A DNA stretch of 64,000 bases from positions 182,814 through 246,813 of the forward strand of contig JAUYOL010000036.1 of NCBI GenBank assembly GCA_030695905.1. Reading direction: 5' to 3'. Under the pieces are notes generated by a model. The model saw only the letters and a list, made by a program, of their open reading frames with translations. It was not told where the DNA came from and did no database searches. Within the stretch, counting starts at the first letter, position 1; each line of letters begins with the position of its first letter. Source of the stretch: Candidatus Omnitrophota bacterium (GTDB lineage Bacteria > Omnitrophota > Gorgyraeia > 2-01-FULL-45-10). Positions 29,649 to 40,643 of the stretch are shown piece by piece. The position numbers were made by a program, and so were the translations under genes.

Positions 29649-31928
29649 CTAATAGCCTGCGGAACGTCCGGCAGAAAGCCTCTGACGCTCTATAAAACCG
29701 GCATCGCCAGGTTGACCAGCCCTTGTTCTGGAATAGGCCCTACCAACTCCAAGCGGCATTTTAGGAAATGCCTTGAGACGCAACGATACCCAAAATGTCT
29801 GGGTTGAGATCGTTTTATTGTCCTCATAAGGCCTATAATCATAGGTAAACTCTAATATCCAACAGTGCAGATCTCTTGAAAGGGTGTACTGATGTTCATC
29901 TATATATCCTTTGTCCATATTAAAACGCCAATAAACCCGCGCTTTCCATTTCTCGTTAAACCTGTATATGGCATCGGTAGTTAGATAATTGACTAAATTA
30001 CCATTTGTGTCCGGGTCGACGGGTATGTCAGAATTAAATGAGTGCTCATATCTATACCCAAAAGCAAGCGACCTATCTTCTTCCTTGCCCCCGACAAAGT
30101 CTACGCTCGCAGAATCGGGCAGGCCATACTTTGTATTAATATTCATCTTTGCAAGTGTATATAGCCAAGGATAGGGCGTAAGCTCCAACTGCATAAATAC
30201 GTATTGAAATTTTTGGTCTTTAAAATCAGAGTCATCATTAAACGCGAAGACGCCCTTTTTGAGCCTGAACTGATAATCTGTCCTTATAATGTAGTCCACA
30301 AGATCGACAGACACCCCGTTTCTTTTTGTCTGAAGTTTATTTTCCACCTGGAAGACGATGTTATTCTGCTCTTTTATCGCGTCAATAGCATCAAACTGCG
30401 TAAGATTATCCATGCTGACCGTGGGCTGATGGGTATAGAAGTAGCTCACGGTCGGAGTAATTACATGCCTCAGTTTATTTATGTCCAGATCGAGCGCATT
30501 GGTATTGATGTCGTATATTTTGTACAATTTCATGGAGCTGTCGAAACCAGCGTCAAATACACCTCTTATAAAATTCGTCTGGCCGTACTTGCCTCTTGAA
30601 TAAAATGTCTGCCTCGTTCCGGCGAATGGTGTAACATAGAGCGATCTTAAGTATGGTATGGGTTTGGTATTATATAAAAGTTTATTATAAGTATCTACTC
30701 TTATGACATTAAGATCTTTGTACTGGCTCGTTTCGGAATGAGGAAAGGTGTGGTTCATATATGTAGGCGTAAAACTTGCGTTATAGTATAATGGCGAGCT
30801 TCCGCCATTGTACTTTATATTATACTGCGGTATGTTGACATTAAATTCGGGCAATATTTCGACGACATCATAGTATTTGTCCATTCGCTTGCGTACTAAA
30901 AATTCCGTAGTATAACTTTCCTTTGAGGTAATAAATGAGATATAATTATCCGGCACAGGATGCTCTTCCCACTCATTGTAGAAATAATATTTCACCATCC
31001 TGTCGTCACGGACCTTCTCAAGCTCCATAGTCATTAAGGTATCGTCCAGGACCTGCCATTTATGCCTTATCTGTAATCTATATTTTCCTTCTTCACGCGT
31101 TATAGGCTTGTATGAAAGATACTCATTATTCTCATCGGCATAATAAAAATTGGCTATGCCTTCACCCAGGCCTTCAAGTTTGTAGGAGTTATCTATGCCG
31201 ACGGCTATGCCGTTCTTCGTCCTGTAATCGAACCTATACCTGCCCTTAAAAATTTCACTGTAATCATATTTCATGGACATAAGCGCGTAATAGCCCCAGT
31301 CCCTGTCATGGCCCGGCATTATGGTTATATGAGCCGATTGTTCTTTTATGGGTTGGTAATAATAAGGCAGCCACATAATGGGGCAATTGCCGACATACGC
31401 GACTATATTCTTCGCGATAACTTTATCTTCCAGGTATATCTCTACCTTTTTAGCCTCTATCCTGTAATGCGGTTTTTCCAGGTCGCAGGTAGTCATATAA
31501 CCTTTTTCGATGCCTACCTGGCTCTCCCCAACCTTATCTATCTTCTGCCACTTACCGTAGAATGGGACATAATTTATATAAGCATCTATCGCGGTGCCGG
31601 TCCTCTTGTCAAAATTGTAATTTATTTTGTCACCGGTAAAATAAGCGTCTTTCTGCGTTATCTTGACATTGCCTTCGGCTATAGCTTCGCGTGTATCTAA
31701 ATATACCGTGACCTTCTCGCAGGTTAGCCGCACGTCTTCATAGTCGATAAATATATTTCCCGTTCCCACGACTCTCTTCTGCTCGTGGAAATACTCGACC
31801 TTATCGCCGTTGACTACGATGGGCGCTTTTTGCTTAAAGTCCTGCGCGTAGGCAGTTGAGGATAGGACGATCAAGCTGTAGGCCATAAGCTGCAGGCTAT
31901 AAAATAAATATTTATTTCTTCGGTACAC
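29649..31928 (-). CDS. lptD: LPS assembly protein LptD/OstA-like outer-membrane protein
   Basis: Signal peptide, OstA-like N-terminal domain, [10 protein letters not shown], beta-barrel-like C-terminus with RDLHCW. Confidence 0.75.
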   Translation of the reverse strand: MYRRNKYLFYSLQLMAYSLIVLSSTAYAQDFKQKAPIVVNGDKVEYFHEQKRVVGTGNIFIDYEDVRLTCEKVTVYLDTREAIAEGNVKITQKDAYFTGDKINYNFDKRTGTAIDAYINYVPFYGKWQKIDKVGESQVGIEKGYMTTCDLEKPHYRIEAKKVEIYLEDKVIAKNIVAYVGNCPIMWLPYYYQPIKEQSAHITIMPGHDRDWGYYALMSMKYDYSEIFKGRYRFDYRTKNGIAVGIDNSYKLEGLGEGIANFYYADENNEYLSYKPITREEGKYRLQIRHKWQVLDDTLMTMELEKVRDDRMVKYYFYNEWEEHPVPDNYISFITSKESYTTEFLVRKRMDKYYDVVEILPEFNVNIPQYNIKYNGGSSPLYYNASFTPTYMNHTFPHSETSQYKDLNVIRVDTYNKLLYNTKPIPYLRSLYVTPFAGTRQTFYSRGKYGQTNFIRGVFDAGFDSSMKLYKIYDINTNALDLDINKLRHVITPTVSYFYTHQPTVSMDNLTQFDAIDAIKEQNNIVFQVENKLQTKRNGVSVDLVDYIIRTDYQFRLKKGVFAFNDDSDFKDQKFQYVFMQLELTPYPWLYTLAKMNINTKYGLPDSASVDFVGGKEEDRSLAFGYRYEHSFNSDIPVDPDTNGNLVNYLTTDAIYRFNEKWKARVYWRFNMDKGYIDEHQYTLSRDLHCWILEFTYDYRPYEDNKTISTQTFWVSLRLKAFPKMPLGVGRAYSRTRAGQPGDAGFIERQRLSAGRSAGY
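31873..31900 (+). repeat. Four imperfect 7-bp tandem repeats in the lptD signal-peptide region
   Basis: aagctgt aggccat aagctgc aggctat. Confidence 0.6.
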
Positions 31929-32559
31929 TTTCCCAATCCTTTAAGAATTTCTGTATCCCGATATCTGTAAGCGGGTGTTTTACAAGAGCCATCAACGTCG
32001 CATATGGCACAGTAGCTATATCGGCCCCTATCTTAGCGGCGTCAAGTACATGCACGGGATTACGGACGCTGGCGACTATTATTTCGGTCTTAAACCCGTA
32101 ATTACCAAAGATGGTCTTTATATCGCGTATCAAATCCATCCCGACGATACTTATATCGTCGAGCCGCCCTATAAAAGGGCTTACGTAGGTAGCGCCGGCC
32201 TTTGCGGCTAAAAGTGCCTGTGTGGGCGAGAAACATAACGTAAGATTTGTCTTTATGCCTTCTTTTGATAAAATCTTCGTTGCTTTTAGTCCTTCGGGTA
32301 TCAATGGTATCTTAATTACAATATTTTTGTGTATCTTCGCAAGCGTCCTGGCCTCTTTTATCATTTCATCGGACTTTAAGCTTATGACCTCGGCGCTGAT
32401 AGGCCCGTCTACGATAGAGCATATCTCTTTTACTACAGATATAAAATCTTTGCCCTCCCTGGCTATCAACGTAGGATTTGTGGTAACTCCGTCGATTATC
32501 CCCAGAGAATTCGCCTCTTTGATTTCATTTATGTTCGCCGTATCAATAAATAACTTCAT
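31912..32559 (-). CDS. tal: Transaldolase (MipB/TalC family)
   Basis: GVTTNPT, Schiff-base K in VIKIP; ISAEV and SPFIGR favour transaldolase over FSA. Confidence 0.9.
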   Translation of the reverse strand: MKLFIDTANINEIKEANSLGIIDGVTTNPTLIAREGKDFISVVKEICSIVDGPISAEVISLKSDEMIKEARTLAKIHKNIVIKIPLIPEGLKATKILSKEGIKTNLTLCFSPTQALLAAKAGATYVSPFIGRLDDISIVGMDLIRDIKTIFGNYGFKTEIIVASVRNPVHVLDAAKIGADIATVPYATLMALVKHPLTDIGIQKFLKDWESVPKK

Positions 32560-33521
32560 ACACCCCTCTCGTATAATACTAACGTCGCGGCGCCGATAAC
32601 ACCGGCGTCATATCCTAACTTTGCCTTCACAACTTTTACCGTCTTTGCCGGCAACTTCATCGCTCTTTCGGATATCGTCCTCTTTATCGAGTCGAACAAT
32701 ATCTTTCCCGCTTCGGCAACCCCGCCGCCTATAACTATCTTCTCTATATTCAAAAGATTAACGACGCCCGCAAGGCCAATGCCTACCTTATTACCGGCGT
32801 CAATCCAAACTTGTCTTGCGAATCTATCGCCCTTACGCGCGGCTTCGTCAATCGTTTCAGGGGTGATCTTCGAAAGTTCGCCGCCTACAAGTTTCTTTAT
32901 GAGCGTCTTCTCGCCTTTTTTGATCCTTGCCTCCACGTCTTTTATTATGTAGCGGTTGCCCACATAGGCTTCAACGCATGCACGGCCTCCGCAATTACAT
33001 TTCGGGCCGTCGATACCTATCGGCACGTGGCCAAATTCCCCGGCCGCGTAGCTTGAACCGCGATATAGCGAGTTATCCAATATCAATCCTCCGCCGACTC
33101 CCGTCCCGAGCGTAATACACAGCATATTCTTAGCGCCTCGCCCTGCCCCAAAACGTAATTCGCCCAGCGCCATGACATTGACATCGTTATCGACAAAGAC
33201 CGGCACGCCCAATCTCTTCTTTAAGATGTCGCCTAACGCCACTTCGCGCCAATTCGGGATATTCGTAAGGTAGTGGACTGTGCCCGTCCTGATATCTACC
33301 GCGCCGGGCGCGCCTATGCCTATGCCTATTAACTCTTTTTTTGTGACAGAATATTCTTTGGTGAGCAGCTTTATTTCTTCTACAAGCTTATCTACGAGGG
33401 CGTCTTTACCTTTAAAACTTGCCGTGGAGAATATCCTCTTTGCCTTAAGGCGCGCTGATCGATCCATCAAAGCAAGCCTAATATTCGTACCGCCTATATC
33501 TATACCTATTAATAATCGCAT
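32556..33521 (-). CDS. glk: ROK family glucokinase
   Basis: [34 protein letters not shown]. Confidence 0.85.
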   Translation of the reverse strand: MRLLIGIDIGGTNIRLALMDRSARLKAKRIFSTASFKGKDALVDKLVEEIKLLTKEYSVTKKELIGIGIGAPGAVDIRTGTVHYLTNIPNWREVALGDILKKRLGVPVFVDNDVNVMALGELRFGAGRGAKNMLCITLGTGVGGGLILDNSLYRGSSYAAGEFGHVPIGIDGPKCNCGGRACVEAYVGNRYIIKDVEARIKKGEKTLIKKLVGGELSKITPETIDEAARKGDRFARQVWIDAGNKVGIGLAGVVNLLNIEKIVIGGGVAEAGKILFDSIKRTISERAMKLPAKTVKVVKAKLGYDAGVIGAATLVLYERGV

Positions 33522-33543
33522 AATAATTGTGTTATTATACTAT

Positions 33544-34743
33544 TTAATCTTTGTACTCACAAACAATATTTTTCCCGGAACTCTTGGCCGTATAGAGGGC
33601 TTTGTCAGCCTTCTCCACAATATCTTCCATATCGGCCGCGTCATCGGGATATATCGCAAGGCCTGCGCTTACTGTTATCCTCAATTTCTCATCATATGCC
33701 TTAAATATGTGCTCCTCTATCTTTTTACGTATTCTCTCCGCCGCAAGCATCGCGCCAATTCTCTCAGTTTCGGGTAAAATAATAGAGAACTCTTCCCCTC
33801 CGTATCTTGCCACAAGATCTATCTCCCTGACATTTTCCTTTATTAAATGCGCGATATCCTTTAAAACAACATCGCCCACCAGATGCCCGTGAGTATCATT
33901 GCATTTTTTGAAATCATCTATGTCTATCATAAGAAATGTGAATTTAAAACCGTGATTTTTCGACCTGTTTAATTCCTCATTCAGGCGTTCAAAAAAGTAT
34001 CTGCGTGTATAAAGCCCGGTAAGTGAATCTGTTATCGCCAAGCCTTCGACCGTCTCATACAAAAGCACCTTCTTTATCTCGAGGGCAAACTGCATAGCGA
34101 CTATAACGAATCTGTCAAAATCTATGCCGGGCAGGTTCTCTATAGTAAGTATTCCGACAAACTTATTTTCACTAAGTAACGGTATCGCGCCGAAACTCCC
34201 GCCGCCCGCTTTTGGGATATACACTTCTTTCTTATCATTGTCGAAGAGCGTCAGCATATCGTCGTAATTCGTTTCCGCATCCTCTTGCTTGCAGTTCTCA
34301 TCCTTATATAATTTATAGACTTTATCTACCTTTATACATCCTTCCACTTCTTTTAAGATAAGAAGTTCGCTCTTTTTGAATACAAAATATTCTTTTAAAA
34401 AAGCGCTTAACGCGCCGAATATTTCATTAAATGTAAGGTCGCTAGACATATTCTTCGTTATCTCATAAAGGCTCGATATCATCATCTCTTTGTTGCGCAG
34501 GGCATATATACGGCTGTCTTCGCTGGTAATATCTTTTTCCAATTTATTTTTTTCACTGCTGTAATTTTCAAGCTTTAAGCCCGTTTCGCTTTTCAAAATG
34601 TTTATGCTATCCCTGTATTCTTTCCAGGTCACGGCGATGCCAAATAATAAGAATGATAGGATGGGTATAAAAAATATTTTATCCGGTATAAAATGAACCA
34701 GCGCCGCGAGAAAGACCGCACAGATACATAAGTAAAGCATCAT
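33544..34743 (-). CDS. Membrane-anchored diguanylate cyclase (reduced GAF + GGDEF)
   Basis: Two TM segments, coiled coil, DSLTGL, REID I-site, GGEEF. Confidence 0.9.
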   Translation of the reverse strand: MMLYLCICAVFLAALVHFIPDKIFFIPILSFLLFGIAVTWKEYRDSINILKSETGLKLENYSSEKNKLEKDITSEDSRIYALRNKEMMISSLYEITKNMSSDLTFNEIFGALSAFLKEYFVFKKSELLILKEVEGCIKVDKVYKLYKDENCKQEDAETNYDDMLTLFDNDKKEVYIPKAGGGSFGAIPLLSENKFVGILTIENLPGIDFDRFVIVAMQFALEIKKVLLYETVEGLAITDSLTGLYTRRYFFERLNEELNRSKNHGFKFTFLMIDIDDFKKCNDTHGHLVGDVVLKDIAHLIKENVREIDLVARYGGEEFSIILPETERIGAMLAAERIRKKIEEHIFKAYDEKLRITVSAGLAIYPDDAADMEDIVEKADKALYTAKSSGKNIVCEYKD

Positions 34744-36170
34744 TCTGCGCATACCCTGTTTCTCCCCAATGACTTTGCCTTATATAAACGCTCGTCGGCT
34801 ATCTTGACCAGGTCCTCTTCCACCGCCGTATCTTTCGGATAAGCCGAAACGCCTATAGAAACGGTTATGCTATGCCTTTCCCTGCGCACGGTAATAGGGT
34901 GATCTTCTATCTTTTTTCTTATGCTCTCCGCCTTCTTCTGCGCCTTCCTGATATCGGCACCGGACAAAAATATCGCTATCTCTTCACCGCCGTAACGTGA
35001 CGCCATATCACCTTCGTGTAATTCACTTGCTATTGTACCGGCAATATATTTTAATACAATATCTCCGGTAGCATGGCCATATTTGTCGTTATACCATTTG
35101 AATCGGTCTATATCCAGCATCAGAAGCGCGATAGAGCCGTCCTTCTTCCTGGCGGCGCGTTTTGCCTCCTCATGCAGACGTTTTAGAAAGAAACGCCGCA
35201 CAGATAGGCCGGTCAGTGAGTCGTGTATAGCAAGATCCTGGACCCATGAATACAGGAAAGCGTTCTGTATGGCAACTGAACCTAATCCCCCCAATATGTC
35301 GAGAAGGCGCAGGTCATCCTGCGTATAAAAATTTTCGGTCGGAGAATCCATCCTCAATATACCTATGACCTTATTGCCGCTTAAAAGCGGCACAGCGATA
35401 AGTGACTTAAAATATTCTTTGGCTTCTTCCGCTTCTTTGCTAGGGAAGCGAAAATCCTGCATAGAGTCTTCGATTATAAGCGGCGTACCGTGTTTCAACA
35501 CCCACTTATCAAATATATCTCCGGCCTTCGCTTTCACTTTAAGCGGCCCCTGCGATGCCGAAAGCATAAGCTCCTGTTTCTGCACATCTACGAGGAAAAG
35601 CATTATGCGCCCTGATTTTTTTATCGTCACTGTGGATTTTTCTATGATAAGCCTGGCTATCTCCTCTATAGTAAGCGTAGTGGTGAGAGACTCCGCTACA
35701 TCTTTTAGCATGCTATAGCGAAGTAGTTTTTCCTCAAGATGTTTTGTGTCGATCCTCTTTTTATTAAGTTCGTCAGACAGTATATTGATACCCTCTTCGA
35801 CTTTTTCCGAATCCAGTCCCGCAAAATACTTTATACTCTTTGTAGCTTTCCAATTTCTGTATCCTATAAGCGCCGTCAAGATAAAGCTCCACGAGAGGAA
35901 AGCCGCGCTATAATAACCGCTTTTTAAAACACCTGTCAGCGCGATGAATAAAGAGATGATAGTGATCGCTATGCCTGTGAATATACCGAACCCTATCCAT
36001 AAAAGAATTATCGGTATGTTAAAACAGAGGACCGCTACAGAAATTACCGAGGAGTCGGGCGAAAGAATGGGGTCTATTTTAGGATGAATTGAAAATAAAA
36101 GATGCGATAGGGCGAGGAATACTATTAAAGAAGTAATTCCGAGTATTGAGCGAGTGCTCGGATTAGACAA
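34740..36170 (-). CDS. Membrane GAF-GGDEF diguanylate cyclase
   Basis: About four TM segments, GAF (SLIAVPL), DSLTGL, GGEEI; no RxxD I-site (HEGD). Confidence 0.9.
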   Translation of the reverse strand: MSNPSTRSILGITSLIVFLALSHLLFSIHPKIDPILSPDSSVISVAVLCFNIPIILLWIGFGIFTGIAITIISLFIALTGVLKSGYYSAAFLSWSFILTALIGYRNWKATKSIKYFAGLDSEKVEEGINILSDELNKKRIDTKHLEEKLLRYSMLKDVAESLTTTLTIEEIARLIIEKSTVTIKKSGRIMLFLVDVQKQELMLSASQGPLKVKAKAGDIFDKWVLKHGTPLIIEDSMQDFRFPSKEAEEAKEYFKSLIAVPLLSGNKVIGILRMDSPTENFYTQDDLRLLDILGGLGSVAIQNAFLYSWVQDLAIHDSLTGLSVRRFFLKRLHEEAKRAARKKDGSIALLMLDIDRFKWYNDKYGHATGDIVLKYIAGTIASELHEGDMASRYGGEEIAIFLSGADIRKAQKKAESIRKKIEDHPITVRRERHSITVSIGVSAYPKDTAVEEDLVKIADERLYKAKSLGRNRVCAE

Positions 36171-37266
36171 TTGTTATATCCGTATCCTTATCAAAAAAGT
36201 GGATTTTGGCCATATCGAATACAAGATCCATGTCCTGATTTATGGTAGGCCGGTCGTGGCCGCCGACCCTCGCTATCAGTGAATTGCGGCCCGTATTAAG
36301 ATGCAGATAAACCTCCGAACCCATAGGTTCGATAACCTCGCAGTTTGCCTTTATGGTATTTTCGGAAGGAGCGTATGATACGAAGAGTTTATCGTATATA
36401 TCTTCGGGCCTTATGCCGAATATGACTTCCTTGTTGAGGAAGGATATGATCTTGGGCACCATAGCGTCAACTATCTTGACCTGGAAATTGCCTTCGTTGA
36501 AATAAAACTTGCCTTCCTTATTTAATATAGTTCCTTTTATGAAATTCATCGGAGGAGAACCGATAAACCCGGCCACAAATTTATTTACAGGGTTATCATA
36601 AAGTCCTATCGGGTCGGCGATCTGCTGGATTATACCGTCTTTCATAACGACTATCCTGTCGCCCATCGTCATGGCTTCGGTCTGGTCATGCGTAACATAT
36701 ATCATCGTGGTCTGAAGACGTATGTGAAGCTTCTTTATCTCGGTCCTCATCTGCACGCGCATCTTGGCGTCGAGATTTGACAGCGGTTCGTCAAAAAGAA
36801 ACACGAGGGGCTTTCTCACTATGGCTCTTCCCACCGCGACCCTCTGCCTCTGTCCTCCGGATAGTTCCCTGGGCCGCCTGTGAAGGAGTTTTTCTATTCC
36901 AAGAATATTAGCGGCCTCTTTTACTCTGGCTTCTATCTCCTGCCTCGGGTATTTTCTTAATTTCAATCCGAACGCCATGTTCTCATAGACCGTCATGTGG
37001 GGATAGAGCGCATAATTCTGGAATACCATGGCGATGTTTCTATCTTTGGGCGGGATATCATTGACCTTCTGGTCGCCGATATAGACATTTCCGTTTGTCG
37101 CTTCTTCCAATCCGGCTATTATTCTCAATGTGGTAGACTTACCGCATCCGGAAGGCCCTACGAAAACGACAAATTCCTTACTCTCTATGCCCAGATTGAT
37201 ATCGCGTATCGCCCAGACATTACCGGAGAATACCTTGGAAACATTCTGTAAGCTTACCTGTGCCAT
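36163..37266 (-). CDS. Sugar ABC transporter ATPase, MalK/UgpC/MsmK type
   Basis: GPSGCGKST, VFQNYALYPHM, LSGGQRQR, DEPLSNLD, TOBE tail. Confidence 0.93.
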   Translation of the reverse strand: MAQVSLQNVSKVFSGNVWAIRDINLGIESKEFVVFVGPSGCGKSTTLRIIAGLEEATNGNVYIGDQKVNDIPPKDRNIAMVFQNYALYPHMTVYENMAFGLKLRKYPRQEIEARVKEAANILGIEKLLHRRPRELSGGQRQRVAVGRAIVRKPLVFLFDEPLSNLDAKMRVQMRTEIKKLHIRLQTTMIYVTHDQTEAMTMGDRIVVMKDGIIQQIADPIGLYDNPVNKFVAGFIGSPPMNFIKGTILNKEGKFYFNEGNFQVKIVDAMVPKIISFLNKEVIFGIRPEDIYDKLFVSYAPSENTIKANCEVIEPMGSEVYLHLNTGRNSLIARVGGHDRPTINQDMDLVFDMAKIHFFDKDTDITIV

Positions 37267-37267
37267 A

Positions 37268-38113
37268 TTAGAAGTAGGTTAAAAGCTTCGAAAGACTTTC
37301 TTTCATATTTTTTCTGTGAATGATCATATCTATAAGCCCGTGCTCAAGCAAAAATTCCGACTTCTGAAAACCAGGCGGAAGCTTCTGCCTTATCGTCTGC
37401 TCTATAACACGCGGGCCGGTAAAACCTATCAATGCTTTAGGCTCGGCGATTATCAGGTCGCCTAAAGAGGCGAAACTCGCCATAATGCCGGCCATCGTAG
37501 GATTGGTAAGTATCGATATAAAAACACATCCGGCCTTATTGTGCTTACTTAACGCTGCGGATGTCTTGGCCATCTGCATTAAAGAATATAGGCCTTCATA
37601 CATTCTGGCGCCGCCGCCCGAACCGGAAATTATTATCAGGGGATATTTTGTTTCTATGGAACGCTCTATAGCGCGTGTAAGTTTTTCGCCCACGACGGAT
37701 CCCATAGAGCCCATTATAAAACGCGAATCTGTAACGCCGATGACGACCTTCCTGCCGTATATCGTGCCTTCGCCGGTAATAACAGCTTCTTTAAGCCCTG
37801 TAAGCTCCTGGTCTTTTTTATATTTCTCTTTGTATGTCTTCGGCCCTTCAAACGAAAGAGGATCGAGCGACTCCATGTCCGGATCCATCTCCTTGAAACT
37901 TCCTTCATCAAGAGTTAGTCTTACTCTATCGGGGGCGTTGAGGCTGAAGTGAAAATTACATTTGGGGCAGACGCGCAGGTTTTCATCGAGTTTCTTATTA
38001 TAAATAAGCTCTTTGCAATCCTCGCACTTTGTCCAGAGGTCGCTGGGGATATCGCCGCGTTTCTTGGCGACTTTTACTATGGTATACTTTGGTTTTTTTG
38101 GAAAAAAAGGCAT
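37268..38113 (-). CDS. accD: Acetyl-CoA carboxylase carboxyltransferase beta subunit
   Basis: WTKCEDC...CPKC zinc finger, MGSMG, GARMYEG, GFTGPRVIEQT. Confidence 0.95.
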   Translation of the reverse strand: MPFFPKKPKYTIVKVAKKRGDIPSDLWTKCEDCKELIYNKKLDENLRVCPKCNFHFSLNAPDRVRLTLDEGSFKEMDPDMESLDPLSFEGPKTYKEKYKKDQELTGLKEAVITGEGTIYGRKVVIGVTDSRFIMGSMGSVVGEKLTRAIERSIETKYPLIIISGSGGGARMYEGLYSLMQMAKTSAALSKHNKAGCVFISILTNPTMAGIMASFASLGDLIIAEPKALIGFTGPRVIEQTIRQKLPPGFQKSEFLLEHGLIDMIIHRKNMKESLSKLLTYF

Positions 38114-38114
38114 C

Positions 38115-38756
38115 CTAAACCTTTAGCAGTTCTTTTGCCTTATCGACCGCCGTTGCGGCGTCCTTCGCGTAGCCGTCCGCTCCTATAAAGTCCGCGAAGC
38201 TTTGAGTAATCGGCGCTCCTCCGACGATGATCTTTACTTTATCACGCACTCCCAAATCCTTCAACATTTTTATAGTATCTTTCATGGCACCCATTGAAGT
38301 GGTCAATAGCGACGACATCGCTATTATATCCGCTCCTTTAGCCTGGACTATCTCCACGAATTTACCGGGTGGGACGTCTATGCCTAAGTCCATTACCTCA
38401 AAGCACGCGCCTTTTAGCATCATGCTGACTATATTCTTGCCTATATCATGAAGATCGCCTTTGACGGTACCTATTATGACTTTCCCCATCGGCTTAATGC
38501 CCGACGAAGCGAAGAGCGGCTCAAGCACCGCGATCCCTGCATGCATCGCTTTTGCGGCGATAAGAACTTCCGGAATAAATATTTCATTGGCCTTAAACTT
38601 CTCGCCTATGGCGTTCATGCTCGCTATAAGGCCATCTTCGAGGATCGTCTTTACGCCAATGCCCCTATCAAGCGCTTCCTTGGTAAGCTTAGCGACGGTA
38701 GCCCTATCGCCCTTTGCCAGAGCGATCCCTATATCTTTTAAAATAGCATCTGCCAT
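38115..38756 (-). CDS. Stand-alone corrinoid (B12-binding) methyltransferase protein
   Basis: FIPEV cap domain, GTVKGDLHDIGKNIV, VGGAP. Confidence 0.9.
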   Translation of the reverse strand: MADAILKDIGIALAKGDRATVAKLTKEALDRGIGVKTILEDGLIASMNAIGEKFKANEIFIPEVLIAAKAMHAGIAVLEPLFASSGIKPMGKVIIGTVKGDLHDIGKNIVSMMLKGACFEVMDLGIDVPPGKFVEIVQAKGADIIAMSSLLTTSMGAMKDTIKMLKDLGVRDKVKIIVGGAPITQSFADFIGADGYAKDAATAVDKAKELLKV

Positions 38757-38764
38757 CTTTACCT

Positions 38765-40024
38765 CTAAATTTTTCTGATAACAAGCCCCGACAGCGGCTT
38801 AGGATAAAAATATGTGGCCTTTCTGGGCATCTTTTCCCCGTGTTCGGCCACCTTCTTCATCTGCGAAACTTTTGTAGGATTAAGCAGGAAAGCTATTTTA
38901 AACTTTCCCTTGCCTGCTAAGGTAAGCGCCTCATCCGCATCTTTGACAAACTCTATATTATCATCTTCATCGCGAATATCCAACACATTTTGTATGATAA
39001 ACTTGTGCAATATCGCCACGTCCAGGCTCTTCCAATCTTGCGAACCTTCTCCCATAAAGGTCCTTGCCGCGTTCTCTTTGTTTAATTTTAAACAATAGAA
39101 CTTTTTGCCGCCCATATACATTCCAAAAGCATGGTAATCCCTGAGCTCCTTGGGCCTGGAAATACATTTTTTGGCGGAAGGGTATTCCTCGACAATAAAA
39201 TATCTGTTTAATTTTTCCAATATATCGTTTTTTGTTAATTTGCCTATATCTTTTATTAATCGATGGGTGGGTAATATTGTGAGGGAATCGTCATCGAGCT
39301 TGCAGAAGTACGCTAATGTGTATTTTGAATTTTCACTGCCTGTCTCATTGGCATAATTTATCGCGGTCTCATAACGGTGATGCCCGTCGGCGATAAATAC
39401 GTTTTTATCTGTCATAAAACGCTCTATCTTTTCTATGGCGTCTGAGCGCGATATCTTCCAAGCTCTATTACGGATACCGTCTATACTGATATCTATAAAA
39501 GGCTTCGTAGCCTTCATAACTTTTTTTAATATAGCGCCGACTTCGTCTTTATCGTCCTGATATAGCATAAATACCGGGCTCAAGTTCGCCGAGACGCTTC
39601 TCATGAGATTCAATCTGTCTGCCTTAGGCGCCTGAAGGGTGTTTTCATGAGGCAGTACAGCTTTTTTGTCAGAGAGCTCAAGCTTTAGCGCGCTTATAAA
39701 GCCTATTCTCTCGATTATCTTGCCGTCATATTTGTACTTTTGCGAATATATGTATATTGCTTCTCCATCATCTTCAATGAGGATATCTTTATTGAGCCAT
39801 GCATCAAAAAATTCTTTTGCGCGCGTGTATCTGTTACTAGACACATCGTCAGACTTTTTTATCTTTCCCAGAATTAGCCTTACGATATTATTCTCATGCT
39901 TCTTATAAAGCGCGGATTGCATTGCCGGCGGGATGACATCATAAGGCGGCGCCACCACCTTAGTAAAATCCTTTACCTTCTTCTTATTATATATAATTGC
40001 TTTAAACGGTCTTATCGATGGCAC
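38765..40024 (-). CDS. DUF1015 family protein
   Basis: APPYDVI, LPHENT, IADGHHRYE, MPRKATYFYPK. Confidence 0.88.
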   Translation of the reverse strand: MPSIRPFKAIIYNKKKVKDFTKVVAPPYDVIPPAMQSALYKKHENNIVRLILGKIKKSDDVSSNRYTRAKEFFDAWLNKDILIEDDGEAIYIYSQKYKYDGKIIERIGFISALKLELSDKKAVLPHENTLQAPKADRLNLMRSVSANLSPVFMLYQDDKDEVGAILKKVMKATKPFIDISIDGIRNRAWKISRSDAIEKIERFMTDKNVFIADGHHRYETAINYANETGSENSKYTLAYFCKLDDDSLTILPTHRLIKDIGKLTKNDILEKLNRYFIVEEYPSAKKCISRPKELRDYHAFGMYMGGKKFYCLKLNKENAARTFMGEGSQDWKSLDVAILHKFIIQNVLDIRDEDDNIEFVKDADEALTLAGKGKFKIAFLLNPTKVSQMKKVAEHGEKMPRKATYFYPKPLSGLVIRKI

Positions 40025-40403
40025 TTTTAACCCTTTCTTTATATAAAGATAACCCGGCGCCGATAGCGGATCCTATAAGATCGGATAATAAATCTATTAT
40101 ATCGCAACTCCTGCCGGAAACAAAACGCTGATGAATCTCATCCGAGGCCCCGTATAACAAAGCTATCGCGACTGCCGCGATAAAGATTAATTTATAGTTA
40201 GGTTTGACTGAAGAATGGACGAATGCCCTGGCAAGAAGGAAGCCTAAGACAAGATATTCTACAAGATGAAATAACTTATCTATGTTCCGTATATCAAACT
40301 TCGGCATCTGGTCGGATACGATAGAAGAAGCGTAAAAAATTATCCCCATCCATAGAAAGACAGGGGTCCAGAACCATAGCAATACGCCTACTCTTTTGAA
40401 CAC
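40002..40403 (-). CDS. VanZ family membrane protein
   Basis: DKLFHLVEY, YGASDEIHQRFVSGR. Confidence 0.85.
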   Translation of the reverse strand: MFKRVGVLLWFWTPVFLWMGIIFYASSIVSDQMPKFDIRNIDKLFHLVEYLVLGFLLARAFVHSSVKPNYKLIFIAAVAIALLYGASDEIHQRFVSGRSCDIIDLLSDLIGSAIGAGLSLYKERVKSAIDKTV

Positions 40404-40642
40404 GACTTACCTTTATTCGACGGGCAGTGTTTACAGGCGTCCGAATGTGGATGGCCCTTCTTTTTCTTATAATCCGTCTCGTAAAAACCTGTGCCCTTAA
40501 ATATTATCCCCGAACCTCCTCCTATGAGCCGGTGCACCTTACCGCCGCACTTCGGGCACTTTTTTATAGGCTCATCTTTCATATTCTGGAACAGGTCAAA
40601 ATTCTTTTTACATTTGTCACATGAATATTCGTATGTCGGCAT
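40388..40642 (-). CDS. FmdB family zinc-ribbon protein
   Basis: MPTYEYSCDKC...CPKCGG...IIFKGTGFYETDY. Confidence 0.88.
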   Translation of the reverse strand: MPTYEYSCDKCKKNFDLFQNMKDEPIKKCPKCGGKVHRLIGGGSGIIFKGTGFYETDYKKKKGHPHSDACKHCPSNKGKSCSKE

Positions 40643-40643
40643 T

